Below are positions 1-10,869 of a stretch of 64,000 bases of DNA, piece by piece; the first letter of the stretch is position 1, and the number at the start of each line of letters is the position of its first letter. The notes under the pieces were generated by a model. That model was given only the letters and a program-made list of their open reading frames with translations. It had not been told where the DNA came from and did not search any database. Made by a program: the position numbers and the translations under genes. Source of the DNA: an uncultured Chloroflexia bacterium (GTDB lineage: Bacteria; Chloroflexota; Limnocylindria; Limnocylindrales; CSP1-4). The stretch lies in assembly GCA_963833225.1 (NCBI GenBank), contig CAWHXD010000019.1:96001-160000 (forward strand). The letters run 5' to 3'.

Positions 1-315
1 GCAGTAGTACTGGTGGCCGTTCCAGACCTTCTCGATGTTCTCCTTGATGGCCCGGGCAATGTCGTCCGTCACATGACACCTCGCCACCGCCGCCGGGGTA
101 CGCGCGGCGGCCAGCTGACCGGGCGTGCAGGCGGGCGTGATCGTGATGCGCACGTTGGCGGTGATGATCTTGGACAGGTCGTCGGTCTTCCAGCTGACAG
201 CGCTGGCGGTCGCGCCGGCCACCGGCACCGGAGCCACCGCGCCGACGCCGACGAGAATGGCAAGGGCGACCGCCCGGAGCGTCCGAGACAGGATCATCGA
301 TCTCAGCAGGCTCAT
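1..315 (-). CDS. Secreted hypothetical protein (partial, runs off window start)
   Basis: Not in the ORF track. ATG at 315 overlaps the upstream TGA (ATGA); reads MSLLRSMILSRTLRAVALAILVGVGAVAPVPVAGATASAVSWKTDD... (signal-peptide-like) and stays open to position 1. Confidence 0.65.
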   Translation of the reverse strand, partial: MSLLRSMILSRTLRAVALAILVGVGAVAPVPVAGATASAVSWKTDDLSKIITANVRITITPACTPGQLAAARTPAAVARCHVTDDIARAIKENIEKVWNGHQYYC

Positions 316-1020
316 GGGACGCTCAATCGGCCGATCGCGGGATCGAACTGCAGCGTTGCCCCGTTGGCGCCGAGCCAGGCCTTCCAGGTGGCCGCGAGGT
401 CCTGTGGCGTGGCGCCGTCGGGGACGCCGGGGCCGTCGATGTAGCGATCGAGCGTGGAGACCGCGAACTCCGAGATGGCCAGAGGCGGCTGGGATCCGCG
501 CAGGTCTCCGTCCTCGAGGATCAGGTCAGCGAGGACATCCGCGGCGTCTGATGCCCCCGAGCGAGAGGACGGTCGCCGCGGCCAGCGCGCGGATCGTCGG
601 ATCGTCGTTGCCGAGGAGCGGTTGCAGGACCGCCGGGTCGCTGCCCACGGTGCCGTACACGAGGGTCGCCGCCCACAGTGCGTCGCCGCTGGCGCCATCC
701 TGGATCGCGTTCGCAGCCGCGACCGCCCCGGCATCGGTGAACCGGACGGCGTCCACGGCGCTGAGCGATGCCGGGTCGTCGAGGTTGGCGGCGTCGATCG
801 CGGCCCGGGCTGCCGCGACGTCCGGGTCGCTCGATGAGGAATCGGAGGTAGGCGGAGCGGTCACCGATGCACTTTCCTGGGCGCCGGGGCTCTGGGTGGG
901 ACGGGGTCCCGTGGTCGTGTCCGGTGAGCCGCAGGCGGCAAGGACCGCCGCCAGGATGGCCGCGAGCATGATCGAGACGGAAGTCCGCCTCCCCACCAAG
1001 AGGACGCCGGGGACCCGCAT
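312..1020 (-). CDS. Lipoprotein with HEAT-like segment, split by one frameshift near 555
   Basis: Lipobox LAAC in ORF 526-1038; LQPLLGNDDPTIRALAAATVLSLG is HEAT-like; continues in ORF 312-734 (ASDAADVLADL...) across a G5 run. Confidence 0.6.
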
Positions 1021-1125
1021 CCCCGGACAATGCCACACGCGCGGCCGCGGTTCAATCCGCTATTTCAACCGCCTCGACCGGCGGTTGACTGCGGAATCAA
1101 GGTCCTGGCCGGTCACCGGGGTCGC

Positions 1126-1662
1126 TCATCGCGGGCTGGCGGCGCGGATCGCGGCCACGGTCGCGGCCACGTCGAGCGTCGTGGTGTCCAGGACCAGCCA
1201 GCCGTCGGCGACGAGGCCGTCAAGCATCGGACCCATGAAGCCGTAGGCGTGGCCGATCGCCATCTCGGCGGACGGATCGAGGGTGCCGATCCGGGCCGCG
1301 TTTCGCCGCCGGACCTCGGCCTCGGTGGGGTAGAGCACAACGCCAAATGCCCCGGGCTCCGCGAGCAGCCCACGGTACTCGCGCAGCCCGAGCGGATCGA
1401 AGAAGTCGTCGATCACGACCGTGAACCCGGCCGCCGCATAGTCGAGCGCCGTCCGCACCGCCGCCGCGCGGGCGAGTGCGATCTGGAGGACGAGCTCCTC
1501 GTTCCAGCCCGGCGCTGGGGACGCGAGGCCCGCCACCACCATGTGGCGCAGGTCGTCGACGGGGATGTGGACCCCGCGCTCGAACGACGCGGCGAGCGCG
1601 TGCGCCGCACTGCTCTTGCCGGCCGACGTGCTACCGACGATGAGGTAGATGGGGGAGGGCAC
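1126..1662 (-). CDS. P-loop nucleotide kinase (AAA_33 / shikimate-kinase-like)
   Basis: IYLIVGSTSAGKS Walker A; VHIPVDDLR and VVIDD segments. Confidence 0.75.
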   Translation of the reverse strand: MPSPIYLIVGSTSAGKSSAAHALAASFERGVHIPVDDLRHMVVAGLASPAPGWNEELVLQIALARAAAVRTALDYAAAGFTVVIDDFFDPLGLREYRGLLAEPGAFGVVLYPTEAEVRRRNAARIGTLDPSAEMAIGHAYGFMGPMLDGLVADGWLVLDTTTLDVAATVAAIRAASPR

Positions 1663-1739
1663 GTCCAGATGATCGCAGGTCGGCGGCAGCAGTCGCGTGG
1701 GCGACACCCGGGTCGGCCGGCGCCGGGCATCATTGGGCG

Positions 1740-3524
1740 ATGCCCGCTACCCACGATTCGTTCCGCGCCATCGATGACCGGTTTGCCCGCTTCCTCGACG
1801 AGCGCCGCGCTCCGGGTGCCGCCTGGGGCGTGATCCGCGACGGCGAGCTGGTCCACACCGGGGGAATCGGGGAGGCGGTCGTCGGCGTCGCGCGCAGGCC
1901 GGATGCCGACACCGTGTTCCGGATCGCATCGATGACCAAGTCGTTCACCGCGGCGCTGATCCTTGGGCTGCGCGACGAGGGGCGGCTTGGCCTGGACGAC
2001 CCGGTGGCCCGGCACATCCCCGAGCTCGAGGGCTGGGGCCCGCCGAACGGGGACGCCGGGCCCGTGACCCTTCGCCAGCTGCTCACGATGTCCGCGGGTC
2101 TCGCGACCGATGATCCGTGGGGCGACCGGCAGCAGGGGCTCCCGCTCGACGCCTTCGCGCGCTTCCTCGCGGCCGGCCCGGGCTTCGCCTGGCCACCGGG
2201 CGCGGCGTTCGAGTACTCGAACCTGGGGTTCGGGATCCTGGGGCGCGTCGCCACCAACGCCGGCGGCGCCGAGTACCGGGACCTGGTGACGACCCGGTTC
2301 CTGGTCCCGCTCGGGATGGCGTCCTCGGGCTTCCGCGAGGAGGATGTGCCCGGCGACCGCCTTGCGCGCGGCTACGTGCGCCGGAACGACGCCTTCATCC
2401 GCGAGGGCGACGATCCATACGGGGCCTTCGCGTCGATGGGCGGGCTCTACTCGACCGTACGGGACCTGGCGCGCTGGGTGGCGGGGTTCCTCGACGCGTT
2501 CCCGGCCCGCTCCGGCGCGGATGGCCCACATCCGCTGCGCCGGGCGACCCGGCGCGAGATGCAGCAGGTGCAGCGGGGCTTTCGCGCCGCGATCCCGGCG
2601 CACGCTCCCGACGCGGTCCCGGGTCTCGTGGCCGGCGGGTACGGGTTTGGGCTGTTCGTGACCAGCGACCCGGACCTCGGCACGTTCGTCACCCATTCGG
2701 GCGGCTATCCGGGCTACGGGTCCGAGATGGCCTGGCACCCGGCGACCGGCCTCGGGATGGTGGCGCTCGCCAACCTGCGGTACGCGGGGCCGTCTCCCGT
2801 GGTGGCCGAGCTGCTGGCGCGATTGGTTCGTGATGAGCAGGCACCGCGGCGGCGGCTCCACCCGGCGCCCGATACGGAGCGGCTCAGGCTCGCCGTCGAG
2901 GCGCTCGTCGAGCATTGGGACGATGCCGCGGCGGACGCAGTATTCGCGATGAACATGGACCTCGACGAGCCCCGCGACATCCGGCGAGCGGCGGTGAAGG
3001 CGGCGGTCGACGCGATCGGCGGACCGTACCGTCGCGATCCGGCGCGGGCAGAGCGCGTGCCATCCGCGGCGCAGGTGGAGTGGTGGCTTCGCGGGCGGGA
3101 AGGCTGGCTGCGGATCCTCGTGCTCGACACGCCGGAGCCGGAGCCGCGGATCCAGGCGCTCAAGATCGCCGCGGTCGGGGACCCGTCAGCGGCGCTTGCC
3201 GCGGCCGCAGGACAGATCCTCGACGCCTGCGCTGCCGACACCGATGCCGGACGGCTGCCGCGGTGGCCCGGCGGCCTCGACCACGCGGAGACCGTCGACA
3301 TCGCGAGCGTCGAGCGGAGCCTCGCGGCGGCCTGGGTCAGGTTCGGTCGTCTGGAGATCGGCGACCCGATCGATGGGGACGGTCACGCCTCCACCACGTG
3401 GACGCTGCGCACCGAGCGTGGTGGCGAGGCGACGCTCCGCCTCGGCGCGGATCCGGACAGCGGCGCCATCACGGAGTGCGCGCTGCTCGTCGCTCGCCGG
3501 CAGCCCCCCGACGAATCCTGGTAG
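1740..3524 (+). CDS. Serine hydrolase, beta-lactamase class C family, with C-terminal extension
   Basis: FRIASMTKSF (SxxK), FEYSNLGF (YxN), HSGGYPGY. Confidence 0.88.
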   Translation: MPATHDSFRAIDDRFARFLDERRAPGAAWGVIRDGELVHTGGIGEAVVGVARRPDADTVFRIASMTKSFTAALILGLRDEGRLGLDDPVARHIPELEGWGPPNGDAGPVTLRQLLTMSAGLATDDPWGDRQQGLPLDAFARFLAAGPGFAWPPGAAFEYSNLGFGILGRVATNAGGAEYRDLVTTRFLVPLGMASSGFREEDVPGDRLARGYVRRNDAFIREGDDPYGAFASMGGLYSTVRDLARWVAGFLDAFPARSGADGPHPLRRATRREMQQVQRGFRAAIPAHAPDAVPGLVAGGYGFGLFVTSDPDLGTFVTHSGGYPGYGSEMAWHPATGLGMVALANLRYAGPSPVVAELLARLVRDEQAPRRRLHPAPDTERLRLAVEALVEHWDDAAADAVFAMNMDLDEPRDIRRAAVKAAVDAIGGPYRRDPARAERVPSAAQVEWWLRGREGWLRILVLDTPEPEPRIQALKIAAVGDPSAALAAAAGQILDACAADTDAGRLPRWPGGLDHAETVDIASVERSLAAAWVRFGRLEIGDPIDGDGHASTTWTLRTERGGEATLRLGADPDSGAITECALLVARRQPPDESW

Positions 3525-4178
3525 CCCCCGGGTTCAGCGCCAGAGATCGGGCGGTGTCACCGTTGCGCCGGCGGCTCGCCGCGAGGCGCTCGAGGACCGA
3601 GTACCAGTCGAACCGGCTGGTGATCTCCGACGCGCGGAGCACGACCAGTCCGCTCGGCGGGGACCAGGTCGGGGAGCGTCCGGTCGAGGATCGCCTCGAT
3701 CTCGTCGCGAAAGGCGTCGCTGGTGGATCGCACGCCGTCCGCCTGGAGGGCGACGTCCGGGAGCAGGCGAACCACCAGGTCGTAGGTCTGCGACCAGCGC
3801 CGGACGAGGGGGCCCACGTCAAACGCGTCGGTCCCGCCGCACGCCCGCAGGTAGTAGGCGTAGTTGTCCATCACCCCGCGATCCGTGGCCAGGACATCGG
3901 CCTTGTGGGCCAGCTCCAGCTCCTGGCGGACCTGGCTGACCAGGACCCACAGCTGCGCCTCGCCGCTCGCCCCCTCGTTGATGCCCAGCGGGTTGTCGCG
4001 CACCACCTCGCGACCCAACTCCACGCTCCGTCCGGCGCGCTGCACCTCGGCCGCGAACGCGAGCAGGGCGCTGGTCTTGCGGATCCCGTGGGACCCGATG
4101 AAGGCGATCTTGGCCGGGCGCGGCCAGGCCGCGGGCGAGCGGGGCGACGGCCTGGATGCGCTTGCGGGGCATGCTCAC
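3469..4178 (-). CDS. NadR/Ttd14-type AAA_28 ATPase, frameshifted (about 4130 and 3650)
   Basis: KIAFIGSHGIRKTS P-loop variant, TDRGVMDNYAY, YDLVVRL...DGVR; pieces lie in three ORF-track frames. Confidence 0.65.
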
Positions 4179-4227
4179 AGGGTAGCCCCGGACGCCGGCG
4201 TGGTGAGGGCCCGGCGCCGGGTCGTCC

Positions 4228-5655
4228 CTACAGCGCCTTGACCGCCGAGACCAGCTCCCCGAGGCCGGCCTTCGCGTCGGCGAACAGCATCCCGGTCTTG
4301 GGGTTCGTGTACAGCTCGTTGTCGATACCGGCGTAGCCGCGGCCCATCGAGCGCTTCATCACGATGATGTTCTTGGCATGGTCCACGTCGAGGATCGGCA
4401 TGCCCGACACCGGGGAGCCGGGCCGGCGGGCGGCCGGGTTGGTGACGTCGTTGGCACCGATGACGAGGGCCACGTCGCAGCGGTCGAACTCGGGGTTGAT
4501 GTCCTCCATCTCCTTGAGCTGGGGATAGGGGACGTTGGCCTCCGCCAGGAGCACGTTCATGTGTCCCGGCATCCGTCCGGCCACCGGGTGGATCGCGTAG
4601 CTGACGTTGACCCCCCGGCTCTCGAGCAGCTCGGCGAGCTCGCGGACGCCGTGCTGGGCCTGGGCAACCGCGAGGCCGTAGCCCGGCACCACGATCACCG
4701 ACGAGGCGTACGCCAGCTGGATCGCCGCGTCGTCCATCGACACCTCGCGGACGGAGCCACCGGGGCCCGTCGCCGCGCCGGCCACGGCATCGCCACCACC
4801 AAACCCGCCGAGCATGATGTTCATGACCGACCGGTTCATGGCGTCGGCCATGAGCTTGGTCAGGATGGCGCCCGAGGCACCGACCAGGGCGCCGGCGATG
4901 ATCAGGACCGGGTTGTTCAGGACGAAGCCGGCCATGGCAACCGCGGTGCCCGTGAACGAGTTGAGCAGGCTGATGACCACGGGCATGTCCGCGCCGCCGA
5001 TCGGGAGCGTCATGGTGACGCCGAAGACCAGGGCTGCGGCGAGGATCGCCAGCATCACGGCCACGTGGTAGTTGCCGAGGAACAGGAACACGGACCCGGC
5101 GACCACGATGAGCGCCAGGAGGGCGGTCACGATCTGGCCACCCGGGACGATGACCGGGCGCGACGGCGTGATCTTGAGGCCCATCAGCTTCCCGGACGCG
5201 ATCAGCGAGCCCGTGAAGGTGATCGAGCCGATCGCGATGTCGAGGACGGTCGCGACGTTCTCCTGGAGGCCGGGGACGGTGCCGCCGTGACGCAGGTACT
5301 CGTCGATCGCGATCAGGGCCGCGGCGCCGCCGCCGACCGCGTTGAACAGGGACACCAGCTGCGGCATCGCGGTCATCTTCACGGTCCTGGCGGAGTACAG
5401 GCCGTACCCGCCGCCGACCGCGATGCCGGCGGCGATGATGATCCAGCCCAGCGGGTTGAAGGCGGCGGTCGTCGGCTTGAACAGCAGGAAGATGGCGGTG
5501 GCGCCGATCGCGAGGGCCATGCCGGCCGCCGAGACCAGGTTGCCGTTGCGCGCCGTGGCGGGCGAGTTCATCTGGGACAGGCCCACGACGAACGCGACGG
5601 CGCCCAGCAGCCAGGCCAGGCGGACGAAGGCGTCGAGCGGAGTGAGATCGGGCAC
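4228..5655 (-). CDS. pntB: NAD(P) transhydrogenase subunit beta
   Basis: MTAMPQLVSLFN, IGGADMPVVISLLNS, VPGYGLAVAQAQ, HPVAGRMPGHMNVLLAEA, GANDVTNPAA. Confidence 0.96.
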   Translation of the reverse strand: MPDLTPLDAFVRLAWLLGAVAFVVGLSQMNSPATARNGNLVSAAGMALAIGATAIFLLFKPTTAAFNPLGWIIIAAGIAVGGGYGLYSARTVKMTAMPQLVSLFNAVGGGAAALIAIDEYLRHGGTVPGLQENVATVLDIAIGSITFTGSLIASGKLMGLKITPSRPVIVPGGQIVTALLALIVVAGSVFLFLGNYHVAVMLAILAAALVFGVTMTLPIGGADMPVVISLLNSFTGTAVAMAGFVLNNPVLIIAGALVGASGAILTKLMADAMNRSVMNIMLGGFGGGDAVAGAATGPGGSVREVSMDDAAIQLAYASSVIVVPGYGLAVAQAQHGVRELAELLESRGVNVSYAIHPVAGRMPGHMNVLLAEANVPYPQLKEMEDINPEFDRCDVALVIGANDVTNPAARRPGSPVSGMPILDVDHAKNIIVMKRSMGRGYAGIDNELYTNPKTGMLFADAKAGLGELVSAVKAL

Positions 5656-5657
5656 GG

Positions 5658-5993
5658 TCAGTCTTCTGCCTTCTCGGCCTTGGGTGCCGCGGGCTTGCGC
5701 CTGAACATCTGGAGCATCCGGTCCGTGACCACGTAGCCGCCCACCACGTTCAGCGTGGCGAACGCGACGGCCAGGAAGGACAGCAGATAGGACACCGGGC
5801 TGTCCGCCCCGATGGCGATGATCATGGCGCCCACCAGCACGATCCCGTGGATCGAGTTGGCGCCCGACATCAGCGGGGTGTGGAGCGTGGCCGGGACCTT
5901 GGAGATCACCGCGAAGCCGACCAGGATCGCGAGCACGAAGATCGTGAACGCGAGGTCGATGGGCATCATCGTGGTCGTCGGGTCGGCGTTCAC
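5658..5993 (-). CDS. pntAB: NAD(P) transhydrogenase subunit alpha, part 2 (membrane)
   Basis: VISKVPATLHTPLMSGANSIHG, NVVGGYVVTDRMLQMF; GTGA overlap with the pntAA stop. Confidence 0.93.
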   Translation of the reverse strand: MNADPTTTMMPIDLAFTIFVLAILVGFAVISKVPATLHTPLMSGANSIHGIVLVGAMIIAIGADSPVSYLLSFLAVAFATLNVVGGYVVTDRMLQMFRRKPAAPKAEKAED

Positions 5994-7150
5994 GCGGCAC
6001 CTCCGGCGGGAGCCAGGAGCTTCTGCACGGGCTCGGACAGGACCGATCCGCCATGGGTGATGACGGTGGCTTTCGTGACCTCCTCCTCGAAGTCGAGATG
6101 GAGGTCGCCGTCCTTGACCATGTTCAGGAGCAGCATCGAGATGTTGCGGGCATAGAACTGGCTGGCCGAGAGCGGCATGGACGCCGGAAGGTTCTCCGGG
6201 GCGACGATGGTGACGCCGTTGCCGGTGACGATCGTCTGGCCGGCCTGGCTCAGCTCGCAGTTGCCGCCCAGGGCGCTCGCGGCCATGTCCACGATGACGG
6301 AGCCCGGGCGCATCGCGGTGACGGCGCCAGCGGTGACCAGCACGGGCGGCTTGCGACCAGGAACCTGGGCGGTGGTGATGACCACATCCTGACCGGCGAT
6401 CACCTCGTTGAGCTCCGCCTGCTGAGCGGCGCGCTCCTCGGGCGTGAGCTCGCGGGCATACCCCCCGGCGCCCGTCGCGTCGATCGCGGTCCTGAGCTTG
6501 ACGAACTTCGCCCCAAGCGATTCGGCCTGCTCCGCCGTCTCCGGGCGGACATCGTAGGCAGCCACCACCGCGCCGAGGCGGCGCGCGGTGCCGATCGCCT
6601 GGAGGCCGGCGACGCCGATCCCGAGGATCAGGACGTTGGCGGGCTTCGCGGTGCCGGCCGCCGTGGTCAGGAGCGGGAAGTAGCGCCCGAAGGTGTTGGC
6701 GGCGATCAGGACCGCCTTGTAGCCGCCCGTGTTGGCCTGGCTCGAGAGGGCATCCATCGTCTGGGCCCGCGACAGGGTGCGCGGGATCGCGTCGAGGCTG
6801 ACCGCGGTCACCCCGGCCGACGCCAGCGTCGCCATGAGCGCCGGGTCGAGCAGCGGTTGCAGCAGGCCGACAACGGCCTGGCCGCTGCGCAGCAGCGCGG
6901 CATCCTCGGCCGACGGCTTCTGGACGCGCAGGATCACGTCCGCTCCCGCGTACAGGTCGGCGGTGCTCACGATCGTTGCCCCGGCGTCGGCATACGCCTG
7001 GTCCGGGATCAGGGCACCGGCACCCGCGCCGGCCTCGACGAGGATCTCGAGCCCGGCGGCCGTCAGCTTGCCGAGCGCTTCGGGCACCAGGGCGACACGG
7101 CGCTCTCCGGCCGCGGTCTCCCTGGCGACGCCGACCTTCATGGGCATCAC
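5990..7150 (-). CDS. pntAA: NAD(P) transhydrogenase subunit alpha, part 1 (NAD-binding domain I)
   Basis: GERRVALVP, RAQTMDALSSQAN, GIGVAGLQAIGTARRLGA, GGNCELS. Confidence 0.95.
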   Translation of the reverse strand: MMPMKVGVARETAAGERRVALVPEALGKLTAAGLEILVEAGAGAGALIPDQAYADAGATIVSTADLYAGADVILRVQKPSAEDAALLRSGQAVVGLLQPLLDPALMATLASAGVTAVSLDAIPRTLSRAQTMDALSSQANTGGYKAVLIAANTFGRYFPLLTTAAGTAKPANVLILGIGVAGLQAIGTARRLGAVVAAYDVRPETAEQAESLGAKFVKLRTAIDATGAGGYARELTPEERAAQQAELNEVIAGQDVVITTAQVPGRKPPVLVTAGAVTAMRPGSVIVDMAASALGGNCELSQAGQTIVTGNGVTIVAPENLPASMPLSASQFYARNISMLLLNMVKDGDLHLDFEEEVTKATVITHGGSVLSEPVQKLLAPAGGAA

Positions 7151-7260
7151 CGTCCGTTTGGGCAGCAGTTGTGGACCGGGCCGATGGTACCGGAGGCAAC
7201 CGATTGCCGGATGTTGCGGGCCGGTTGCGACCGCGATACGGAGCCGGGATCGCCGCCCAA

Positions 7261-8572
7261 TCAGGCGGCGGTCGATCCCCGCCAGGTGCGGATGCCGCCG
7301 CCGTCGGCCTTGGCCGCGTACATCGCCCGGTCGGCGCGTTCGCGCAGATCGCTTTCGAGCTCGTTTCCACCCGGCCTGGCGAGGGCGATCCCGATGGAAA
7401 CCCCGATCTGCTTGGGTCCATCGCTGGTGCTGAAGGGCGCGAGGATCGCCTCGAGGACCCGCTGGGCAAGGACCATCGCCTCGTCCTCGTCGTGCACGCC
7501 GTTGAGCAGGACCATGAACTCGTCCCCGCCACGCCGCCCCACCGCATCGGTGACGCGGACGCTGCGGCGCAGCCGGGCGCCCAGCTCCGCGAGCACCTCG
7601 TCGCCGACGAGGTGGCTGCGCGGGCCGTCGTTGACCGATTTGAAGTTGTCGAGGTCCAGGAACAGGTAGGCGGCGCCATCGATGCCCTGGCGGGCGCGGT
7701 TCGCGGCCTCGGTGGCCCGCAGGGAGAACGCGTTCCGGCTCAGGACGCCCGTCAGCTCGTCGTGGTCAACGCGGGTCGCGTCGGCGGCGGCCCGCCACAG
7801 CGACAGCACGAGGGTCGTGCACAGGATCGGTGCCCACCAGCCGACGGCAAGCCAGACCACGACGAACAGCCAGCCCAGCAATGTCTCGGCGACCGCCGTC
7901 TGCCGGAAGGAGTCGTCGAAGAGGGCCGCCACGTCGCGCGGGGTCAGGCCGTCGCGCAGCACGATGACCAACGCGGCGAGCAGCGCCGAGACCACCGCCA
8001 TGACCGCTGTGCCGGCAATCCCGGCCAGCGAGCAGCACGACCAGCGTGTCGCCCACGCCCACCGCTTCGCATGCGGCAATCACGACCTCCAGCACCAGGC
8101 CCCCGATGACAGCGGCCAGCAGCAGCGCGGCATGGTTGAACGCCACCCCGTACCACGGCGCCTCGCGCAGCTCGCGGCGGTCAAAGGTGCCCAGCATGGC
8201 GACCCACGCTCCGGCGACCGGACCGCCGAGCGTCATGGCGGCGGCGATGAACGGCAGGTGCAGGCTCAGCGCGGTATGGCCACCCGGGTCCCGCAGGATT
8301 CGCATGCCACCGAGCAGCGCGAAGGCCGTCCAGGCCGTGAGACCCGCGGCACCCGACCATGGCTCGGGGACCCCCACGATGCCAAGCGTCGACCGCAGGT
8401 GGGCTCCCGGCACGACGAGCAGCAGCAGCGTTCCAATGGTCAGCGCCGCGGCGCCGGCCGCGATCACCGCAGCGGTGTACCCGGCCAGGAGCGCGGTGCG
8501 GCGGGGAACGGCGAGCAGGGAGCCACCGCGGATCGTGTGGCCGGCGAGGGTCAGCCGCACGCCACGCCCCAC
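7261..8572 (-). CDS. Membrane-bound diguanylate cyclase (GGDEF), frameshift near 8030
   Basis: Multi-TM N-terminus in ORF 7766-8572; DELTG, DLDNFKSVND, RRGGDEF, VSIGIA, ADRAMYAAK in ORF 7261-8079. Confidence 0.85.
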
Positions 8573-8932
8573 CCAGGGAGCGTGACCCGGGCGCGCGTCG
8601 GCCGCTGCACCCGATCGGGCGCGCGTGTCCGGGCACGGTCGCGGAGCTGATCAGCCTCCGCCGGCCGGCCGCGTGAGATTCGCACTGCGTCAACCCCTGC
8701 CTTCCGGAGCGCAGCACCGTCCGGGTCCGGTCGATGCGGCGGGCGGCGAGCCTTCCGGCACCGCCACCGCGGATAGTCTGTGGTGTCGCCGCCGTCCGGG
8801 CACCCACCCGTTGGTCATGGTTGACCGTCATGGCGCGGAGCGAACCGCCCGGCAAGCCACCAAAGGTCCCACGCGGGCGAATCGTGGTGCGTGGATGCTC
8901 CGCCTTTGCCGCCCCGGGCGGCATCCGGCACC

Positions 8933-10393
8933 ATGGCGCTCGTGAATGACGACGCCAGCCATCCCGATTCCCTCGACCCCGTGACGCCCGACCCCGTGAC
9001 GCCCGACCCCGTGACGCCCGGCGTCACTCGCGCATCCCAGCCCGCCGCTTCGACCGACGTCTCCGCTGACGCCGGCATCAGGGCGCAGAACCGGATCGCG
9101 ATCCTGGGGACGCTGGCGCTGATCGTGGTGCTCGCGGTCGGCGGCGCGATCCTCCTCGCCGGGGGCGCGGGCCGGGACGGTCCGCCGGTCGGGGCGATCG
9201 GCGCTTCACCGACAACGGCCGGGTCCGTCGATGCTTCCCTGCCCGTCCCGACCCCGCTCACGACCAGCGACCCGCTCGCCGCGCTGCCATCCGAAGGCAA
9301 TCGCCTGGGTCGTCCCGATGCGAAGGTGGTGGTCGAGTACTGGGCCGACTACCAGTGCCCCTACTGTGCCAAGTTCGCCCAGGAGCGGATCCCGGACCTG
9401 ATCCCGCTCATCGAGGACGGCACCGTCGCCCTCGTCCACCGGGACTATGCGTTCATCGGTCCCGAATCGTTCGACGCCGCGATCGCCGTGCGATGCGCCG
9501 GCCGCGAGGGCCGCTACTGGGCCATGCACGACGCGGTCTACGCGGCCCAGGCCGGGGAGAACCAGGGCGCCTTCTCTCGCGATCGGCTGACCGCGATCGC
9601 CGCCACCGTCGGCCTCGATGCCACCACGCTCGCGGCCTGCTTCGATGATCGCTCGCTGTATGTGGACGTCCTCGCCGACTCCGCGGAGGCCACCCGCATC
9701 GCCATCAAGTCCACACCGACGATCGACATCAACGGGACCCGGTTCCTGGGCGTCCCGGAGCCCGGCGAGATGGAGACCGCGATCTCGGCCGCCGTCGCGG
9801 GTGCCAGCCCGGAGCCGCTGCCCACCGCGGTGCCGATCCCTGATCCGTGGGCCGACGCCGGTGCGACGGGGCGCGTGGCCGGCTCGGCGTCGTCTCCCGT
9901 GACCGTGGACCTGTGGCTGGACTACCTGTCAGTCGACGGTGCGGCCTTCGCCGGCCAGTTGGGCGACGAGCTACGGGCCAGGGTGGTCGACGGCAAGATT
10001 CGCGTCGTCATGCATGACCTGGCGCTGATGGGCGACGAATCGGTCGTGGCAGCCACGTCCGTGCGATGCGTCGACGCCCAGGGCGGGTCTGGCTGGCTCG
10101 TGAGCACCGTCCTGGCTTCGGTCTCCGCCCAGGGACCCGTCTCCGGCGTCTTCATCCCCGACAACCTGCTGCGCCTTGGTGCCCAGCTCGGCCTTGATGT
10201 CCGCGCCCTCGACACGTGCCTCGGAGACAGCGCCGTGGCCCAGGCGGTGCGCGACGAGACCGCGGCAGGCGAGGCGCTCGGGCTGGACCAGGCCCCGGCG
10301 ATCATCGTGTCCAAGGGTGGCAAGCAGGTCGCCCGCTTCTTGGGGACGCTCGATGTCGCGGCCGTGATGGCCGCCATCGACAAGGCCGGCTAG
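8933..10393 (+). CDS. Membrane-anchored DsbA/thioredoxin-fold protein with two tandem domains
   Basis: ADYQCPYC, STPTIDING; the second domain is homologous but reads LDYLSVDG with no CxxC. Confidence 0.85.
   Translation: MALVNDDASHPDSLDPVTPDPVTPDPVTPGVTRASQPAASTDVSADAGIRAQNRIAILGTLALIVVLAVGGAILLAGGAGRDGPPVGAIGASPTTAGSVDASLPVPTPLTTSDPLAALPSEGNRLGRPDAKVVVEYWADYQCPYCAKFAQERIPDLIPLIEDGTVALVHRDYAFIGPESFDAAIAVRCAGREGRYWAMHDAVYAAQAGENQGAFSRDRLTAIAATVGLDATTLAACFDDRSLYVDVLADSAEATRIAIKSTPTIDINGTRFLGVPEPGEMETAISAAVAGASPEPLPTAVPIPDPWADAGATGRVAGSASSPVTVDLWLDYLSVDGAAFAGQLGDELRARVVDGKIRVVMHDLALMGDESVVAATSVRCVDAQGGSGWLVSTVLASVSAQGPVSGVFIPDNLLRLGAQLGLDVRALDTCLGDSAVAQAVRDETAAGEALGLDQAPAIIVSKGGKQVARFLGTLDVAAVMAAIDKAG
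8975..9019 (+). repeat. 3 x 15-bp perfect tandem repeat GACCCCGTGACGCCC (DPVTP)
   Basis: Read directly from the sequence, in the DsbA N-terminus. Confidence 0.9.
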
Positions 10394-10869
10394 GCGCCGG
10401 GATCCGGGTCCTGGTCCGCGAGGGCCGCCAGCCTGGCCACGGCCATCTCGATCTGACGCATGCACCCGTCGCGCCAGATCCCGCTCTCGATGAACGCCTG
10501 GTGACCTTCGTCCGTGCGCAGGTCCACGCCGGTCAGGGCGCGGCAGGTCGTGGCGCCGAACTCTGCCTCGAACGCCGCCATGAGCTCCGCCGTCGCGGCC
10601 CGGACCGCTCGCTTGGCCTCGTTATGGTCGGCGATGCGACGGGCAGTGAGCCGACCGACGGCCATCGCGGCGCCCGTGATCGCGCCGCAGGTTGCCCCCG
10701 AGTACGCGATCCCGCCGTTGAGCGCCATGGCCGGCGCCGTGTCGGCCGCGTCCGGCAGCCCATATGCCTCGGCGAGGACCATCAGCGTCGTCTCCGCGCA
10801 GCCGTAGGTGTTGGCGTCGTCGAGGAACAGCGCGCGAGCCCGGGCGCGCGCGGCATCGGCGCGGTTCAT
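10390..10869 (-). CDS. C-GCAxxG-C-C family putative redox protein
   Basis: YGCAET, GGIAYSGATCGAITGA, FGATTCRAL, terminal GC; ATGA overlap with the upstream gene. Confidence 0.85.
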   Translation of the reverse strand: MNRADAARARARALFLDDANTYGCAETTLMVLAEAYGLPDAADTAPAMALNGGIAYSGATCGAITGAAMAVGRLTARRIADHNEAKRAVRAATAELMAAFEAEFGATTCRALTGVDLRTDEGHQAFIESGIWRDGCMRQIEMAVARLAALADQDPDPGA

